Assembly: GCA_016933575.1 (NCBI GenBank)
Contig: JAFGAR010000081.1
Coordinates: 1-64,000 of the forward strand
Reading direction: 5' to 3'
DNA length: 64,000 bases
DNA from: Candidatus Thorarchaeota archaeon
GTDB lineage: Archaea > Asgardarchaeota > Thorarchaeia > Thorarchaeales > Thorarchaeaceae
A program made the translations under genes and the position numbers. Shown one piece after another: positions 28,374 to 37,991 of this stretch. Positions within the stretch are counted from its first letter, which is position 1, and each line of letters begins with the position of its first letter. The notes under the pieces were generated by a model, which made no database searches, was not told the origin of the DNA, and saw nothing but the letters and a program-made list of their open reading frames with translations.

Positions 28374-30152
28374 TCAGGATGCGCTTTCAAGAACTGCCTT
28401 GATTCTCATCACACCCGCACCAATCTTTTCCTGTTTAGCAATCTTGAATGAACCAAGTACACCAGTATGTTCGACATGTGGTCCGCCGCATAATTCCATG
28501 CTGAAGCTTCCTACTTGGTAGACAGATACTTCCTCTCCGTAATTCTCTTTGAAGAATGCTAGAGCTCCTTTTCCGATTGCCTCATCATAGGGCATGAAAT
28601 AATGTTCTACTGGAAGGTCCTTGGAAATAATATCATTGACAAGTCTTTCCACTTGTTCAACTTCTTCAGAGGTCAATTTTCGGGAGAATGTAAAATCGAA
28701 TCTTAGGCGATCATTAGTGATGTTGCTACCATTTTGAGTGACTTCATCGCCAAGGACTTTCCTAAGGGCTGCTTGAAGCAAGTGTGTTGCAGTGTGAAGT
28801 CTGGTAATCTCTTCACTATGATCTGCTAATCCTCCCTTGAATTTACCTTGAGTAGCAGTTCTCGAAATTTCTCTATGTTCTTCGAATTGTTTTGTGAATT
28901 CTTTCATATTGATGACAATTCCGTTCTCTTCAGCAAGGTCTCTAGTCATCTCGAGTGGTAATCCAAAACTAGTAAAAAGTAGGAACGCATCTTGTCCTGT
29001 AATGGTTCCTGTATCATTCAGGATCTTATCAAATCTCCGAAGAGCTTTACTCAGAGTCTGTCTGAATTTCTCTTCTTCAGCTTCGAGATTATCGATAACG
29101 AACTTCCTATTCCGCTCCACTTCTTTGTAGATGTCTTTGAACATCTCGATCATAATATCTGTTATACCAATCATGAAGCCCTTCTCAATTCCTAGTCTAT
29201 CTGCACTGTGTATTGACTTGCGCAGCAATCGGCGTACAATATATCCCTGTTCTACATTTGATGGACCAATCTGTCTATCATCCGCCATAATCATTATTGC
29301 TGACCTGACATGGTCTGCTATGATACGAGCGAGTCGCTCATCGGTTTCAGTGAACTCCTCTTTTGGTGATAGATTCCTGATATAATCTAAAATTGGTACG
29401 AAGGCTTCAGTATCAAAGACGGAGGGTACACCCTGAAGCATAGCTGCTGTCCTCTCAACACCCATTCCAGTGTCTATACTCTGTTGTTTCAAGGGCGTAT
29501 AAGTTCCATCTTCATTCTTATTGTACATCATGAAGACATCATTCCAGACCTCTACAAAATGACCACAATTGCATCCCGGTCTGCAGTCTGGTCCACATTT
29601 TGGAATTTCATCTACTTCAATAAACATCTCTGTGCACGGACCGCACGGGCCACTATTTCCAGCTATCCACCAGTTGTCTTCCTTTCCAAGAAAATAGATC
29701 CGTTCTTTGGGAATCCCCACACTCTGCCATACCTTAGCTGCCTCTTTATCCTGCGGAGAATCATCATCTCCTGCAAATACAGTAACTGATAGCTTGTCTG
29801 GGTTAAATCCTAGCCATTTCTTTGAGGTGAGAAATTCATAACTCCACGTGATAGCCTCCTTTTTCCAGTAATCCCCAAGACTCCAATTTCCTAACATTTC
29901 AAAGAATGTCAGGTGCGTAGTATCCCCTACATCCTCAATATCTGTTGTTCGAATGCACTTTTGTACATTAGTAAGCCGTCTTCCTTCTGGATGGGGTTGA
30001 CCTAGGAGATATGGGACTAGGGGGTGCATGCCTGCTGACGTGAATAAAACGGAAGGATCATCTTCAGGAATCAGTGAAGCTGAAGCAATTACAGCATGTC
30101 CTCTCTTCGCAAAGAATCTAAGATACACGCTTCGTAATTCACTGATTTCCAT
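28374..30152 (-). CDS. alaS: Alanine--tRNA ligase (compact, 592 aa)
   Basis: DPSVLFTSAGM, QKCIR, HLTFFEMLGNWS, DTGMGVER, editing HTATH and ELCGGPH. Confidence 0.96.
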   Translation of the reverse strand: MEISELRSVYLRFFAKRGHAVIASASLIPEDDPSVLFTSAGMHPLVPYLLGQPHPEGRRLTNVQKCIRTTDIEDVGDTTHLTFFEMLGNWSLGDYWKKEAITWSYEFLTSKKWLGFNPDKLSVTVFAGDDDSPQDKEAAKVWQSVGIPKERIYFLGKEDNWWIAGNSGPCGPCTEMFIEVDEIPKCGPDCRPGCNCGHFVEVWNDVFMMYNKNEDGTYTPLKQQSIDTGMGVERTAAMLQGVPSVFDTEAFVPILDYIRNLSPKEEFTETDERLARIIADHVRSAIMIMADDRQIGPSNVEQGYIVRRLLRKSIHSADRLGIEKGFMIGITDIMIEMFKDIYKEVERNRKFVIDNLEAEEEKFRQTLSKALRRFDKILNDTGTITGQDAFLLFTSFGLPLEMTRDLAEENGIVINMKEFTKQFEEHREISRTATQGKFKGGLADHSEEITRLHTATHLLQAALRKVLGDEVTQNGSNITNDRLRFDFTFSRKLTSEEVEQVERLVNDIISKDLPVEHYFMPYDEAIGKGALAFFKENYGEEVSVYQVGSFSMELCGGPHVEHTGVLGSFKIAKQEKIGAGVMRIKAVLESAS

Positions 30153-30240
30153 ATTGTACCATCTCTGTATATAATTCGGTTAGAGTGCTCATTTCATGAC
30201 TGATTTTAACGCTTTCGAAGAATACGTATTTTCTATCCAC

Positions 30241-30738
30241 TTATAGCATTATCAGACCAGTAGGCGTCATTCTATATTTTCTAAGCCTTTCACTTATCCA
30301 TGGATATCTATCTAGCCAGTCAAGAAATCTATCATTTGACAAGATATCTGCATTCCGATCCTGAGCAGTCTGGATTATTTTCAAATCATCATTCATTCCT
30401 CGAGGAGCTTGCACCATCTCTAAACTACCTAGGACTGAGTTCAAAATATCTGGTTTGTCTATCTTATGAAAGAGTGCAGTAGATATTACGAAAATTGGTC
30501 TGTACCCTCCATTGGTCAGACTATTATGAGCAAGAAGGAGATTATTTACAAGGGGTTTATTTTCAGGTGACAAGTGATATGCAATGTTATTTCCATCGAC
30601 TACGATGGTACGTTTCTTTCTCTTTGAAACAGAAGATTGTTCGCCACGGGCACGACTTCTGCATTTCACAATATGTCTATCTAGCTCATCTCGGTTGAAA
30701 AGTTTGTCACAGTGTGGACATCGAGCTCGTTTTGGCAT
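30241..30738 (-). CDS. C2HC zinc finger fused to a Zc3h12a/Regnase-like NYN (PIN) ribonuclease
   Basis: CPHC-x11-H-x3-C; IVVDGNNIA, DDLKII, ILSNDRFLD. Confidence 0.85.
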   Translation of the reverse strand: MPKRARCPHCDKLFNRDELDRHIVKCRSRARGEQSSVSKRKKRTIVVDGNNIAYHLSPENKPLVNNLLLAHNSLTNGGYRPIFVISTALFHKIDKPDILNSVLGSLEMVQAPRGMNDDLKIIQTAQDRNADILSNDRFLDWLDRYPWISERLRKYRMTPTGLIML

Positions 30739-30885
30739 GGGGTGACCTTCGTCTATAGATTACAACTCAGACCCTCTCTGACACTATAAAAATCGAGCCA
30801 TTATCTACCATTGCAGGCGAATACCAAAAATGCGCATTTCTGCATGTTACTAAAAATAGTTAAGTGAATTTTACACATATTATTT

Positions 30886-30954
30886 GGCGTTCTGTTTCCG
30901 TAGTGTCGTCCTCCCGGCGGCTCTTTCACGGGGGCTGAGCGCCGCTTCTTTTTT
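30886..30954 (+). ncRNA. Candidate small structured RNA
   Basis: GC-rich island; 5' GGCGTTC pairs with 3' GAGCGCC; inner GU-rich hairpin; ends in TTCTTTTTT, antisense to both flanking genes. Confidence 0.35.
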
Positions 30955-30957
30955 GCT

Positions 30958-32259
30958 CTATCCAAGAAAAGATGTCATCATAAATAGCCAACCTGTCCCT
31001 ATGAGCAGGTGTAGCAATGCTAAAGGTGTAGCAATCTTCGCAAACATTTTGAAACTTATTCGATCGTGTTCATTCTCAGCTAAAGCCATTGCAACAAGGT
31101 TTGCAGGTGCTCCTATTGGGAGTATATATCCTCCAATATTTACAGCAAAAATCAATATTGCTGGAAAAACTGAAGATGATAAAGCTAGAGTTGCCGCAAT
31201 AGGTGCAAGTACAATTGACACGGGTATATTATCAATGACTGCTGACAATAGAGCTGGGACCCATACAAGAAAGACAACCGCCCCCCCAAGATTCGCCTCA
31301 ACAATGGCACCGATTATGTCACCGATATCATCAATGAATCCCACGTAGTCTAAAGCTGCGACAAGTCCGAAAATACCTATGAGAAAGAATACCGTGTTCC
31401 AATTAATCTCAGATAGGATCTCTTCAACATGTCCTCGAGTCATGATCAAAACAGTAAATGCCACTACTACAGCTACCAAGGCTGGTTGGAGGCCAGAGCC
31501 TTGGCCAAAGGTGAATGCCAAGGCTAAGATTGCAATAGCAACAAGTGAGAAGTAAAAATCATTCTTCGATCTAATCATGTGCTGTGGCGATACAACAAAG
31601 ACTTGGTCTGCAATATCTTCATCACATTCACTTAGTTGTTCCCTAAAGATTCTAGTTAGAATGTACAATGTGACAACTAGTAATATTATTGCTAAAGGCA
31701 TCATCACAACGAAGAGTAAGCCACCATTGAATGAAGTAACTCCTTGTAAGAATACCACCTCTGCAATCACAAGATTGGGCACTGCTCCAACAATGGATGG
31801 AATTGATGCAAAATTAGACGTGATTGCCTCTGCTATTAGGAACGGTTTGAAGTCAAGCTCAAGAGCTTTGCATACCTCGATCGTCAGCGGTCCCATGATC
31901 AACATAGTAGATGTCGTATCGAAAATGAATGAGATTGCGAATACAAAGACAATGAAGACAATGAATAGACGTCTTGTATCTCCACCAGTAGGTTTTGATA
32001 ATGTCAATGCTATATATTGAAACATTCCTGAATGACCGGCTACAGATACGACTGTCATCATTCCAATGATGAATAGGATTGTACCCCACTCAATTTCATG
32101 GACCAATGTATTGAAGTCAATACTGAATCCCCAAAAGACAAGGCCAGCAAGTCCCATACCAGTCATGGACATTGCAGCACGATTGACCTTTTCACTTGAG
32201 ATAGCAATGTATGTTCCAATAAATACGAGTAGAATCAGGGTTCCTATGGGCTCTTGCAT
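30958..32259 (-). CDS. ArsB/NhaD/SLC13 (ion transporter superfamily) permease
   Basis: IEWGTILFIIGMM, GAVPNLVI, SAVIDNIP, NIGGYILPIGAPANLV. Confidence 0.92.
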   Translation of the reverse strand: MQEPIGTLILLVFIGTYIAISSEKVNRAAMSMTGMGLAGLVFWGFSIDFNTLVHEIEWGTILFIIGMMTVVSVAGHSGMFQYIALTLSKPTGGDTRRLFIVFIVFVFAISFIFDTTSTMLIMGPLTIEVCKALELDFKPFLIAEAITSNFASIPSIVGAVPNLVIAEVVFLQGVTSFNGGLLFVVMMPLAIILLVVTLYILTRIFREQLSECDEDIADQVFVVSPQHMIRSKNDFYFSLVAIAILALAFTFGQGSGLQPALVAVVVAFTVLIMTRGHVEEILSEINWNTVFFLIGIFGLVAALDYVGFIDDIGDIIGAIVEANLGGAVVFLVWVPALLSAVIDNIPVSIVLAPIAATLALSSSVFPAILIFAVNIGGYILPIGAPANLVAMALAENEHDRISFKMFAKIATPLALLHLLIGTGWLFMMTSFLG

Positions 32260-32344
32260 TGTCTCACATCATTATTCTGAATTACAACTGTAGTATGTTA
32301 AAACGCACACTAAATACCTAGCTATTACTCGTTGTCGCGTTTCG

Positions 32345-33262
32345 TCATCTTGATGAAACATATGGTAATCCTGAACAAATGTCCCCTTTGATAAAATTTG
32401 GTACTTGAAGTCCATCATCAGAGATCTCAATCACTGCCACAGCTTTTTCTACCAATTCTTCAAGGTCTTCGTCAGCTGGTCTACCATATCCAAGCGGAAC
32501 GGTCATGGCAGTTATTGTTCCTACTTTGATTAAATTTCTCACATGGCTATGACCTGAGATTGAGAGAACGATTCTTTCATCATTAAGTAGGATTCTTCCC
32601 GAACTCTCTGCACCCATGAACGCACTATGAAAGTCCCATGGAAGTCGATTCTTGTATACGGTCAGGTCTCTAAATGGCAGATGATGCGAAACATAGACTA
32701 TTCTCTTGATGCTATTAGGAAGTGTCTGCAAATCATACTCCAATTTCTGATTGAAAAGGTTAGTAGCCTCGATATCGTTGAAACTCCAGTCCACCCTGAA
32801 GAGATCATACCATACTGCTCCCCTGTATTCCTTCTGTTCATAATGCTCTATCTTGATATCCAGTTCCGGTTGTCTAAATGAATAATCATACCATCCGATA
32901 CTACCCACAAAAGCAGTATCTTCAGTAACATACGGCTGGTCTGGAATATGAAGAAAGCCCTTCCTCTTACAGATTGCCCCTATCTCGTGAGAATACTTCT
33001 CTAAGGACCCTGGTCCCCCGTTGTGTTCAAACCATATATCGTGATTTCCTGCAACATAGAGGTTCTTGCATCCCTGCACATGTAAGAGCGATAATGAATC
33101 TACAAGGACTTTTAGGTAATCACTGATATCCCCTGCAATCACAAAAACATCTGGTTGTAGATCTTCTACTCTCTGCTGTATTGCTTGGAGGAGGTTCCTA
33201 TCTTGCCCATCTGGAAGGACATGAAGATCTGATACAGCAGCAATTCTCACAATAGTACACAA
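32345..33262 (-). CDS. Calcineurin-like metallophosphoesterase
   Basis: SDLH, AGD, GNHD, GWYDYSF, HHLP, GHSH. Confidence 0.93.
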   Translation of the reverse strand: MCTIVRIAAVSDLHVLPDGQDRNLLQAIQQRVEDLQPDVFVIAGDISDYLKVLVDSLSLLHVQGCKNLYVAGNHDIWFEHNGGPGSLEKYSHEIGAICKRKGFLHIPDQPYVTEDTAFVGSIGWYDYSFRQPELDIKIEHYEQKEYRGAVWYDLFRVDWSFNDIEATNLFNQKLEYDLQTLPNSIKRIVYVSHHLPFRDLTVYKNRLPWDFHSAFMGAESSGRILLNDERIVLSISGHSHVRNLIKVGTITAMTVPLGYGRPADEDLEELVEKAVAVIEISDDGLQVPNFIKGDICSGLPYVSSR

Positions 33263-33386
33263 TCCACTATTCTGCCCCGTCGGAAATCCATGCTCTTAAA
33301 AGGATTAGGCGAAACAGCTACACCAAATCCTTGATATTACCCATTGAGTCGAAACAGCATGTAACGATCTCACTGGAGTTTCCACA

Positions 33387-35030
33387 ATGTCTAATAGAAT
33401 AGTCGCAACAAGACTCGCAGATGCTGATTTATCGCAGGTCAAGACTGTGACCAATCAAGCTGAGATTACTGATACGTATGCACTCTATCTCGACGATGAG
33501 AGTCATTCTTTTAATGGAATGGCTGAGAAAATCATGTTTCCAACAAGTGAAACCGAGATATCATCAATTATGAGAAATGCCTATGAAACGGGTGCACCTG
33601 TCACAATTCAAGGAGGAAGAACCGGTCTTACTGGAGCTGCCGTTCCGCTAGGTGGTATTGCACTAAACCTTGAGAGAATGACAAAGATTCTGTACATGGA
33701 TTTCAATGAGGATCAAGATCTTTATTCTATTGCGGCAGAAGCAGGGATGACCTTAGAAGATCTTGTACGTCACATTAGTTCCAAAAACCTTGGCATGCTT
33801 CAGGGAACTGGTACAGATAAACAACAATCAGCACTTACTCGTTTCTTGGATAATGAGGCTGAATATACATTTCCTGTTGATCCTACAGAGATGAGTGCTT
33901 GGTTGGGCGGTATTGTTGCGTGTAATGCATCTGGAGCAAGGACTTATAAATATGGGGCGGTACGAGACTGGGTCCGTCGAATAAGAGTAATTCTAGCAAA
34001 TGGCGATGTTCTTGATATCACTCGTGGTCATATCCACGCCATAGATGGCAAGTTTATCATCGTGCTAAGTAATGGAAACGAAATTGAGTTCATTGTCCCT
34101 AGCTATAAGATGCCAAAAACTAAGAATGCGGCTGGACTCTATGCCGAACCAGATATGGACCTGATTGACTTATTCATTGGATCTGAAGGTATTCTTGGTA
34201 CTATCACTCTTGTTGAACTAGGTCTCTCAAAATTACCTCGTAATATCATGACCGTGATGGCATTTTTCCCAAGTGAAGATGATGCTGTGGACTTTGTCTA
34301 TGAAATACGCTCTCCAGAATCAAAGGTAAAAATGGATTTTCTAGAATACTTTGGTCCTAATGCAATCGAGATGATTAAAGAGAAAGCCAGTTCAGCTGGG
34401 ATCACTGTCCCTGCGATGAAGAGTGATACGAAGGCAATTGTTTTCTTTGAATTCTCTTACACCGAAGATCAGATGGAGGAATTGATAATGGCTCTGGAAG
34501 AGGTCCTCAACAAGCATAACACATCTTCTGAGTCAAGTTGGGCTGGACTAGATAGAAATGAATTAGAGAAGATGAAGACAGTCCGTCACTTTGTACCTGA
34601 AACTGTGAATGGTCTGATTGCTCAAAGAAAAGCCCAGTTCCATGAAGTTCACAAGATTGGGACTGATATGGCTGTACCTGATGAGGCTCTGAGAGACTAT
34701 CTAAGGTTCTATCGTTCAACACTTGAAGAACAAGGTATGGAGTATGTTATCTTTGGGCATATTGGAAATAACCACTTGCATGTCAATATGATTCCACGAA
34801 ATAATGAGGAAGTGAAACAGGGAATGGACAATTACATGCTTTTTGCCAAGAGAGCTGTGGAGCTGGGAGGCACTGTGGCTGCAGAACATGGGATTGGTAA
34901 ACTGAAACGTGCATTCCTTGAAGTGATGTATGGTGAGAAAGGAATCAAGGAAATGCAAGCCGTTAAGAGTGCACTCGACTCCAAATGGATTCTAAACCGA
35001 GAGAATATGATTCCTGTACCTGTTGAGTGA
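33387..35030 (+). CDS. FAD-linked oxidoreductase (D-lactate/glycolate dehydrogenase GlcD-like)
   Basis: GGRTGLTG, NASGA, IGSEGILG, GHIGNNHLH, AEHGIGKLK. Confidence 0.93.
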   Translation: MSNRIVATRLADADLSQVKTVTNQAEITDTYALYLDDESHSFNGMAEKIMFPTSETEISSIMRNAYETGAPVTIQGGRTGLTGAAVPLGGIALNLERMTKILYMDFNEDQDLYSIAAEAGMTLEDLVRHISSKNLGMLQGTGTDKQQSALTRFLDNEAEYTFPVDPTEMSAWLGGIVACNASGARTYKYGAVRDWVRRIRVILANGDVLDITRGHIHAIDGKFIIVLSNGNEIEFIVPSYKMPKTKNAAGLYAEPDMDLIDLFIGSEGILGTITLVELGLSKLPRNIMTVMAFFPSEDDAVDFVYEIRSPESKVKMDFLEYFGPNAIEMIKEKASSAGITVPAMKSDTKAIVFFEFSYTEDQMEELIMALEEVLNKHNTSSESSWAGLDRNELEKMKTVRHFVPETVNGLIAQRKAQFHEVHKIGTDMAVPDEALRDYLRFYRSTLEEQGMEYVIFGHIGNNHLHVNMIPRNNEEVKQGMDNYMLFAKRAVELGGTVAAEHGIGKLKRAFLEVMYGEKGIKEMQAVKSALDSKWILNRENMIPVPVE

Positions 35031-35037
35031 TACAAAT

Positions 35038-35316
35038 TCATACACTCTGAGCCTGTAACTCGGCATCTATCATCTTTGCACAGAGGTCCGGTTCTTCCTC
35101 ACATAGTCTTTCGAAATTTCTGATACCCATCCGAGTCCAGTATTCACGAAGTGCATCATTAAGTATCATAGACTGGGTTGAGTTGCATTGCGCGATTGAT
35201 TCCCTTATCCCTACCACTAATTCCTCTATTGAGGCTTTTCGTATCTTTATTCGAGCCCAAAAGTCACACATCTTTCCGCGACAGGGTCCCTTAACCATCA
35301 CACAATATTGAACCAT
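35038..35316 (-). CDS. Small Cys-containing hypothetical protein
   Basis: C-x6-C-x4-CxxW N-terminal motif; GAGG upstream. Confidence 0.65.
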   Translation of the reverse strand: MVQYCVMVKGPCRGKMCDFWARIKIRKASIEELVVGIRESIAQCNSTQSMILNDALREYWTRMGIRNFERLCEEEPDLCAKMIDAELQAQSV

Positions 35317-35439
35317 TTTAAAACCTCATCTGGCCTAGGGCTTTCGAATACAAGCATTTCATAAGCATTATCTTAGTTGCATAGGCATCTTTACAGCAAA
35401 GAATGGCAAACTAAAATCACTATCGTGGTGTTGCGTACT

Positions 35440-35796
35440 ATGCACGATACATCAAAGAACAATGATTCACACACTCTTGGCCAAAAGATTCGGAAAGAGC
35501 AAACAACAGTTAGAAAGATGATTCATATTTATTGTGAGAAGAAGCACAAAACCGCCCATAATACTCTTTGTGATGAATGTACAAGACTGTTAGACTATTC
35601 TCTGCGTCGATTGGAACTCTGTCAATTTCAAGAAGACAAACCAACCTGTCGAAGATGCAAAGTCCATTGTTATAATCCTGAAATGAGAACTCGAATTAGA
35701 CAGGTCATGCGGGTTTCAGGTCCACGAATGTTGTTGAGAACCCCTATTCTGTGGATCAAACATAGATCTCACGACAGAGATGAATTGTATGAATGA
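35440..35796 (+). CDS. ygbA: YgbA (nitrous oxide-stimulated promoter) family protein
   Basis: MIHIYC, LCDEC, RLELC, KPTCRRCKVHCY, MRVSGPRML. Confidence 0.9.
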   Translation: MHDTSKNNDSHTLGQKIRKEQTTVRKMIHIYCEKKHKTAHNTLCDECTRLLDYSLRRLELCQFQEDKPTCRRCKVHCYNPEMRTRIRQVMRVSGPRMLLRTPILWIKHRSHDRDELYE

Positions 35797-35846
35797 TGAA
35801 AGGAGCATTATTTCGTTACACTCTAACATTGAACCGAATTAGTAAA

Positions 35847-35885
35847 TCGAATGGGCAACTCTCGCATTGCCTGCTGCCCATTCGA
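35847..35885. terminator. Inverted repeat between convergent genes
   Basis: TCGAATGGGCA...TGCCCATTCGA, an 11-bp stem. Confidence 0.6.
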
Positions 35886-35895
35886 CTAGTTTTGT

Positions 35896-37188
35896 CTACT
35901 TGTACACAACTTCTACTAGATGTGCACTACAGCTGATACAGGGATCATAGGCTCTAGCAATCATCTCAAACTTTAGTTCGATATTCTCCATCTGATTTTT
36001 AGCAAGCAGATTTTCGCCACCAGTGCGAATGAATGCCTCTATATCATCTAGAAACATTGCTGTGGGTGTTATGAAATCTGCCGCTACTGTCTTTCCCTCT
36101 TTGATCTTGTAATGATGGATTAGAGTACCTCTAGGCGCTTCAACTGCACCTGTCCCAACTCCAGTGTCTTGTTTGGGTTGGGCAATCTTTGGGTCCTCAC
36201 TAGACAGGAGTTGGTTAACTACATCTATGACACCCTCAAGCGAGTATACCTGTTCGATAGCCTGAGCAAAATTATTGTACAGTGGATTGCGGTACCAGCG
36301 TTCGTTGAAGAGTTTCTTATACGCCTGTTTTGCTTTTCCCTTCAGTCGCTCGCCGAGAAGGATGATTCGTGCAATTGCCCCGACTGTGAATGGTGCATCA
36401 TTGTAGGTTCCACGCTTTGCAAAACTATGACTGACCACACGCTCCTTTATTACATTCTTGTATCGATCAACAGGATGTTCCTCACCATCTGACGTGATTA
36501 AGATATCACCATAGTAGTCATAGTCATCATGGGGCGGCTTACAACAGAGAAATTGCGTTTCGCGTTCCATATGGTCAGGAATTTGAAGTTCAGCAAGAAG
36601 GTCAATAGTGTCCATAGCAAAGGGTAGTAGTTCCAATGCCTCCTCCTTAATAGCTATGAGTTCATCCTTTGTTGGTAATTTGTTGAATCCACCAAGTACA
36701 GGATTCTCTCCATGGATCATTCTTCCTCCCATCATTCGCATTATTTTGTTGCCATATTTCTTGAGCTGCAAGGCCTTGACTACTGTACCGCCATGCTTGT
36801 CAGCCATGGCTACAGCATTATCATAACCGAGGAAGTCTGGTAGTGCTAAGAAGTACAAGTGTAAGCTGTGACTCTCTAACATCTCACCATGATGCATTAA
36901 TTGACGATATGCTTGAGTTGTCTCTGGAATTTCTACTTCAAGAGCCTTCTCAAGCCCTCTCAATGCTGCATACTTGTGTGAGAGGTTGCAGATTGCACAG
37001 ATTCTTGGAACTATGCTTAGATCCTCTTCAGGGGTCTTTCCAACAACAAGCTGTTCAAAGAGCCGGGGTCCTTCAAGTATACGCACCTCTACATTGCTAA
37101 TCTTGTTGCCCTGAATCTCTACCTTTATTCCTCCATGACCTTCGACTCGGGCAAGAGGTTCAATAATGATTTCTTTCTTTGCAGACAT
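35896..37188 (-). CDS. hydA: Group 3b [NiFe]-hydrogenase large (alpha) subunit
   Basis: ARVEGHG, L1 RICAIC, EAPRG, L2 DPCISCSAH; ORF open to 37209. Confidence 0.95.
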   Translation of the reverse strand: MSAKKEIIIEPLARVEGHGGIKVEIQGNKISNVEVRILEGPRLFEQLVVGKTPEEDLSIVPRICAICNLSHKYAALRGLEKALEVEIPETTQAYRQLMHHGEMLESHSLHLYFLALPDFLGYDNAVAMADKHGGTVVKALQLKKYGNKIMRMMGGRMIHGENPVLGGFNKLPTKDELIAIKEEALELLPFAMDTIDLLAELQIPDHMERETQFLCCKPPHDDYDYYGDILITSDGEEHPVDRYKNVIKERVVSHSFAKRGTYNDAPFTVGAIARIILLGERLKGKAKQAYKKLFNERWYRNPLYNNFAQAIEQVYSLEGVIDVVNQLLSSEDPKIAQPKQDTGVGTGAVEAPRGTLIHHYKIKEGKTVAADFITPTAMFLDDIEAFIRTGGENLLAKNQMENIELKFEMIARAYDPCISCSAHLVEVVYK

Positions 37189-37205
37189 TCTAACTTCCTC
37201 CATAT

Positions 37206-37991
37206 TCAAAGATTCTCTATATACTTCAGAATCTTATGGCCTCCATAGTTCTTTACTCGTCTAATGATATCTTTCTTTGTCATTCCAAAACTTTCAAGAA
37301 GTTTCAGGTGTTGACTGAAATTTCCATCGTCGTTTGGACCCCAACATCCGACACATGGCAATCCATGATTAGGGCAGACTGAATTACATCCACCTGCTGT
37401 TATTGGTCCTAGACAGAACTTTTTGTCTAACAAGAGACAATGGTTCTCATTCAATTTACATTCATGACAGACAGGATGTGGATATGGTTCTGGAATTGCT
37501 TGATGTATCAATCTCGATATCAGAGCAAAGGTTTGTTTTGCATCAATTGGGCACCCTGGGAGATAATAATCTACAGTGACATACGCATCAAGAGGTCTCG
37601 CCTCTACCGGTTCTGTGATGAATTTTACATCTCCGTATACTTTCTGAAGGCGTTTTGTATAGCCATCATCTCCTGTGTACATGGCTTGAGGTCCGCCACT
37701 TACTGCACAGTTACCTATTGCAACGAGAACTTTTGCTCTCTTTCTGATATCCAGGAGATGTTCTTTTTCTTTTTCAGTACTTATACTTCCCTCAACAAAG
37801 GCTACATCAAGAGGGCCTTCCGTTGGGTTACTTGATGCCATGACAAACGATTGCATATTCACTGACCCAAACAAGTTTAGAATCTCATCCTCAGTATGTA
37901 TGATGAGTAGTTGGTCGCCAGCACATCCGGTAAAGCCATAGATTCCTACTCTGGGTTTCGGAACTGAAGTTGGTTCGCGTGTCCAAGCCAT
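37206..37991 (-). CDS. hydD: Group 3b hydrogenase small (delta) subunit
   Basis: TGCAGD, VEGS, GNCA, PGCP, VCHEC, CLGP, CVGCWG. Confidence 0.93.
   Translation of the reverse strand: MAWTREPTSVPKPRVGIYGFTGCAGDQLLIIHTEDEILNLFGSVNMQSFVMASSNPTEGPLDVAFVEGSISTEKEKEHLLDIRKRAKVLVAIGNCAVSGGPQAMYTGDDGYTKRLQKVYGDVKFITEPVEARPLDAYVTVDYYLPGCPIDAKQTFALISRLIHQAIPEPYPHPVCHECKLNENHCLLLDKKFCLGPITAGGCNSVCPNHGLPCVGCWGPNDDGNFSQHLKLLESFGMTKKDIIRRVKNYGGHKILKYIENL

Noticed and set aside
35847-35885. Hairpin downstream of hydA as a SECIS element
   Set aside because: HydA has all four Ni-ligating Cys and no in-frame TGA; its position between convergent genes fits a terminator.
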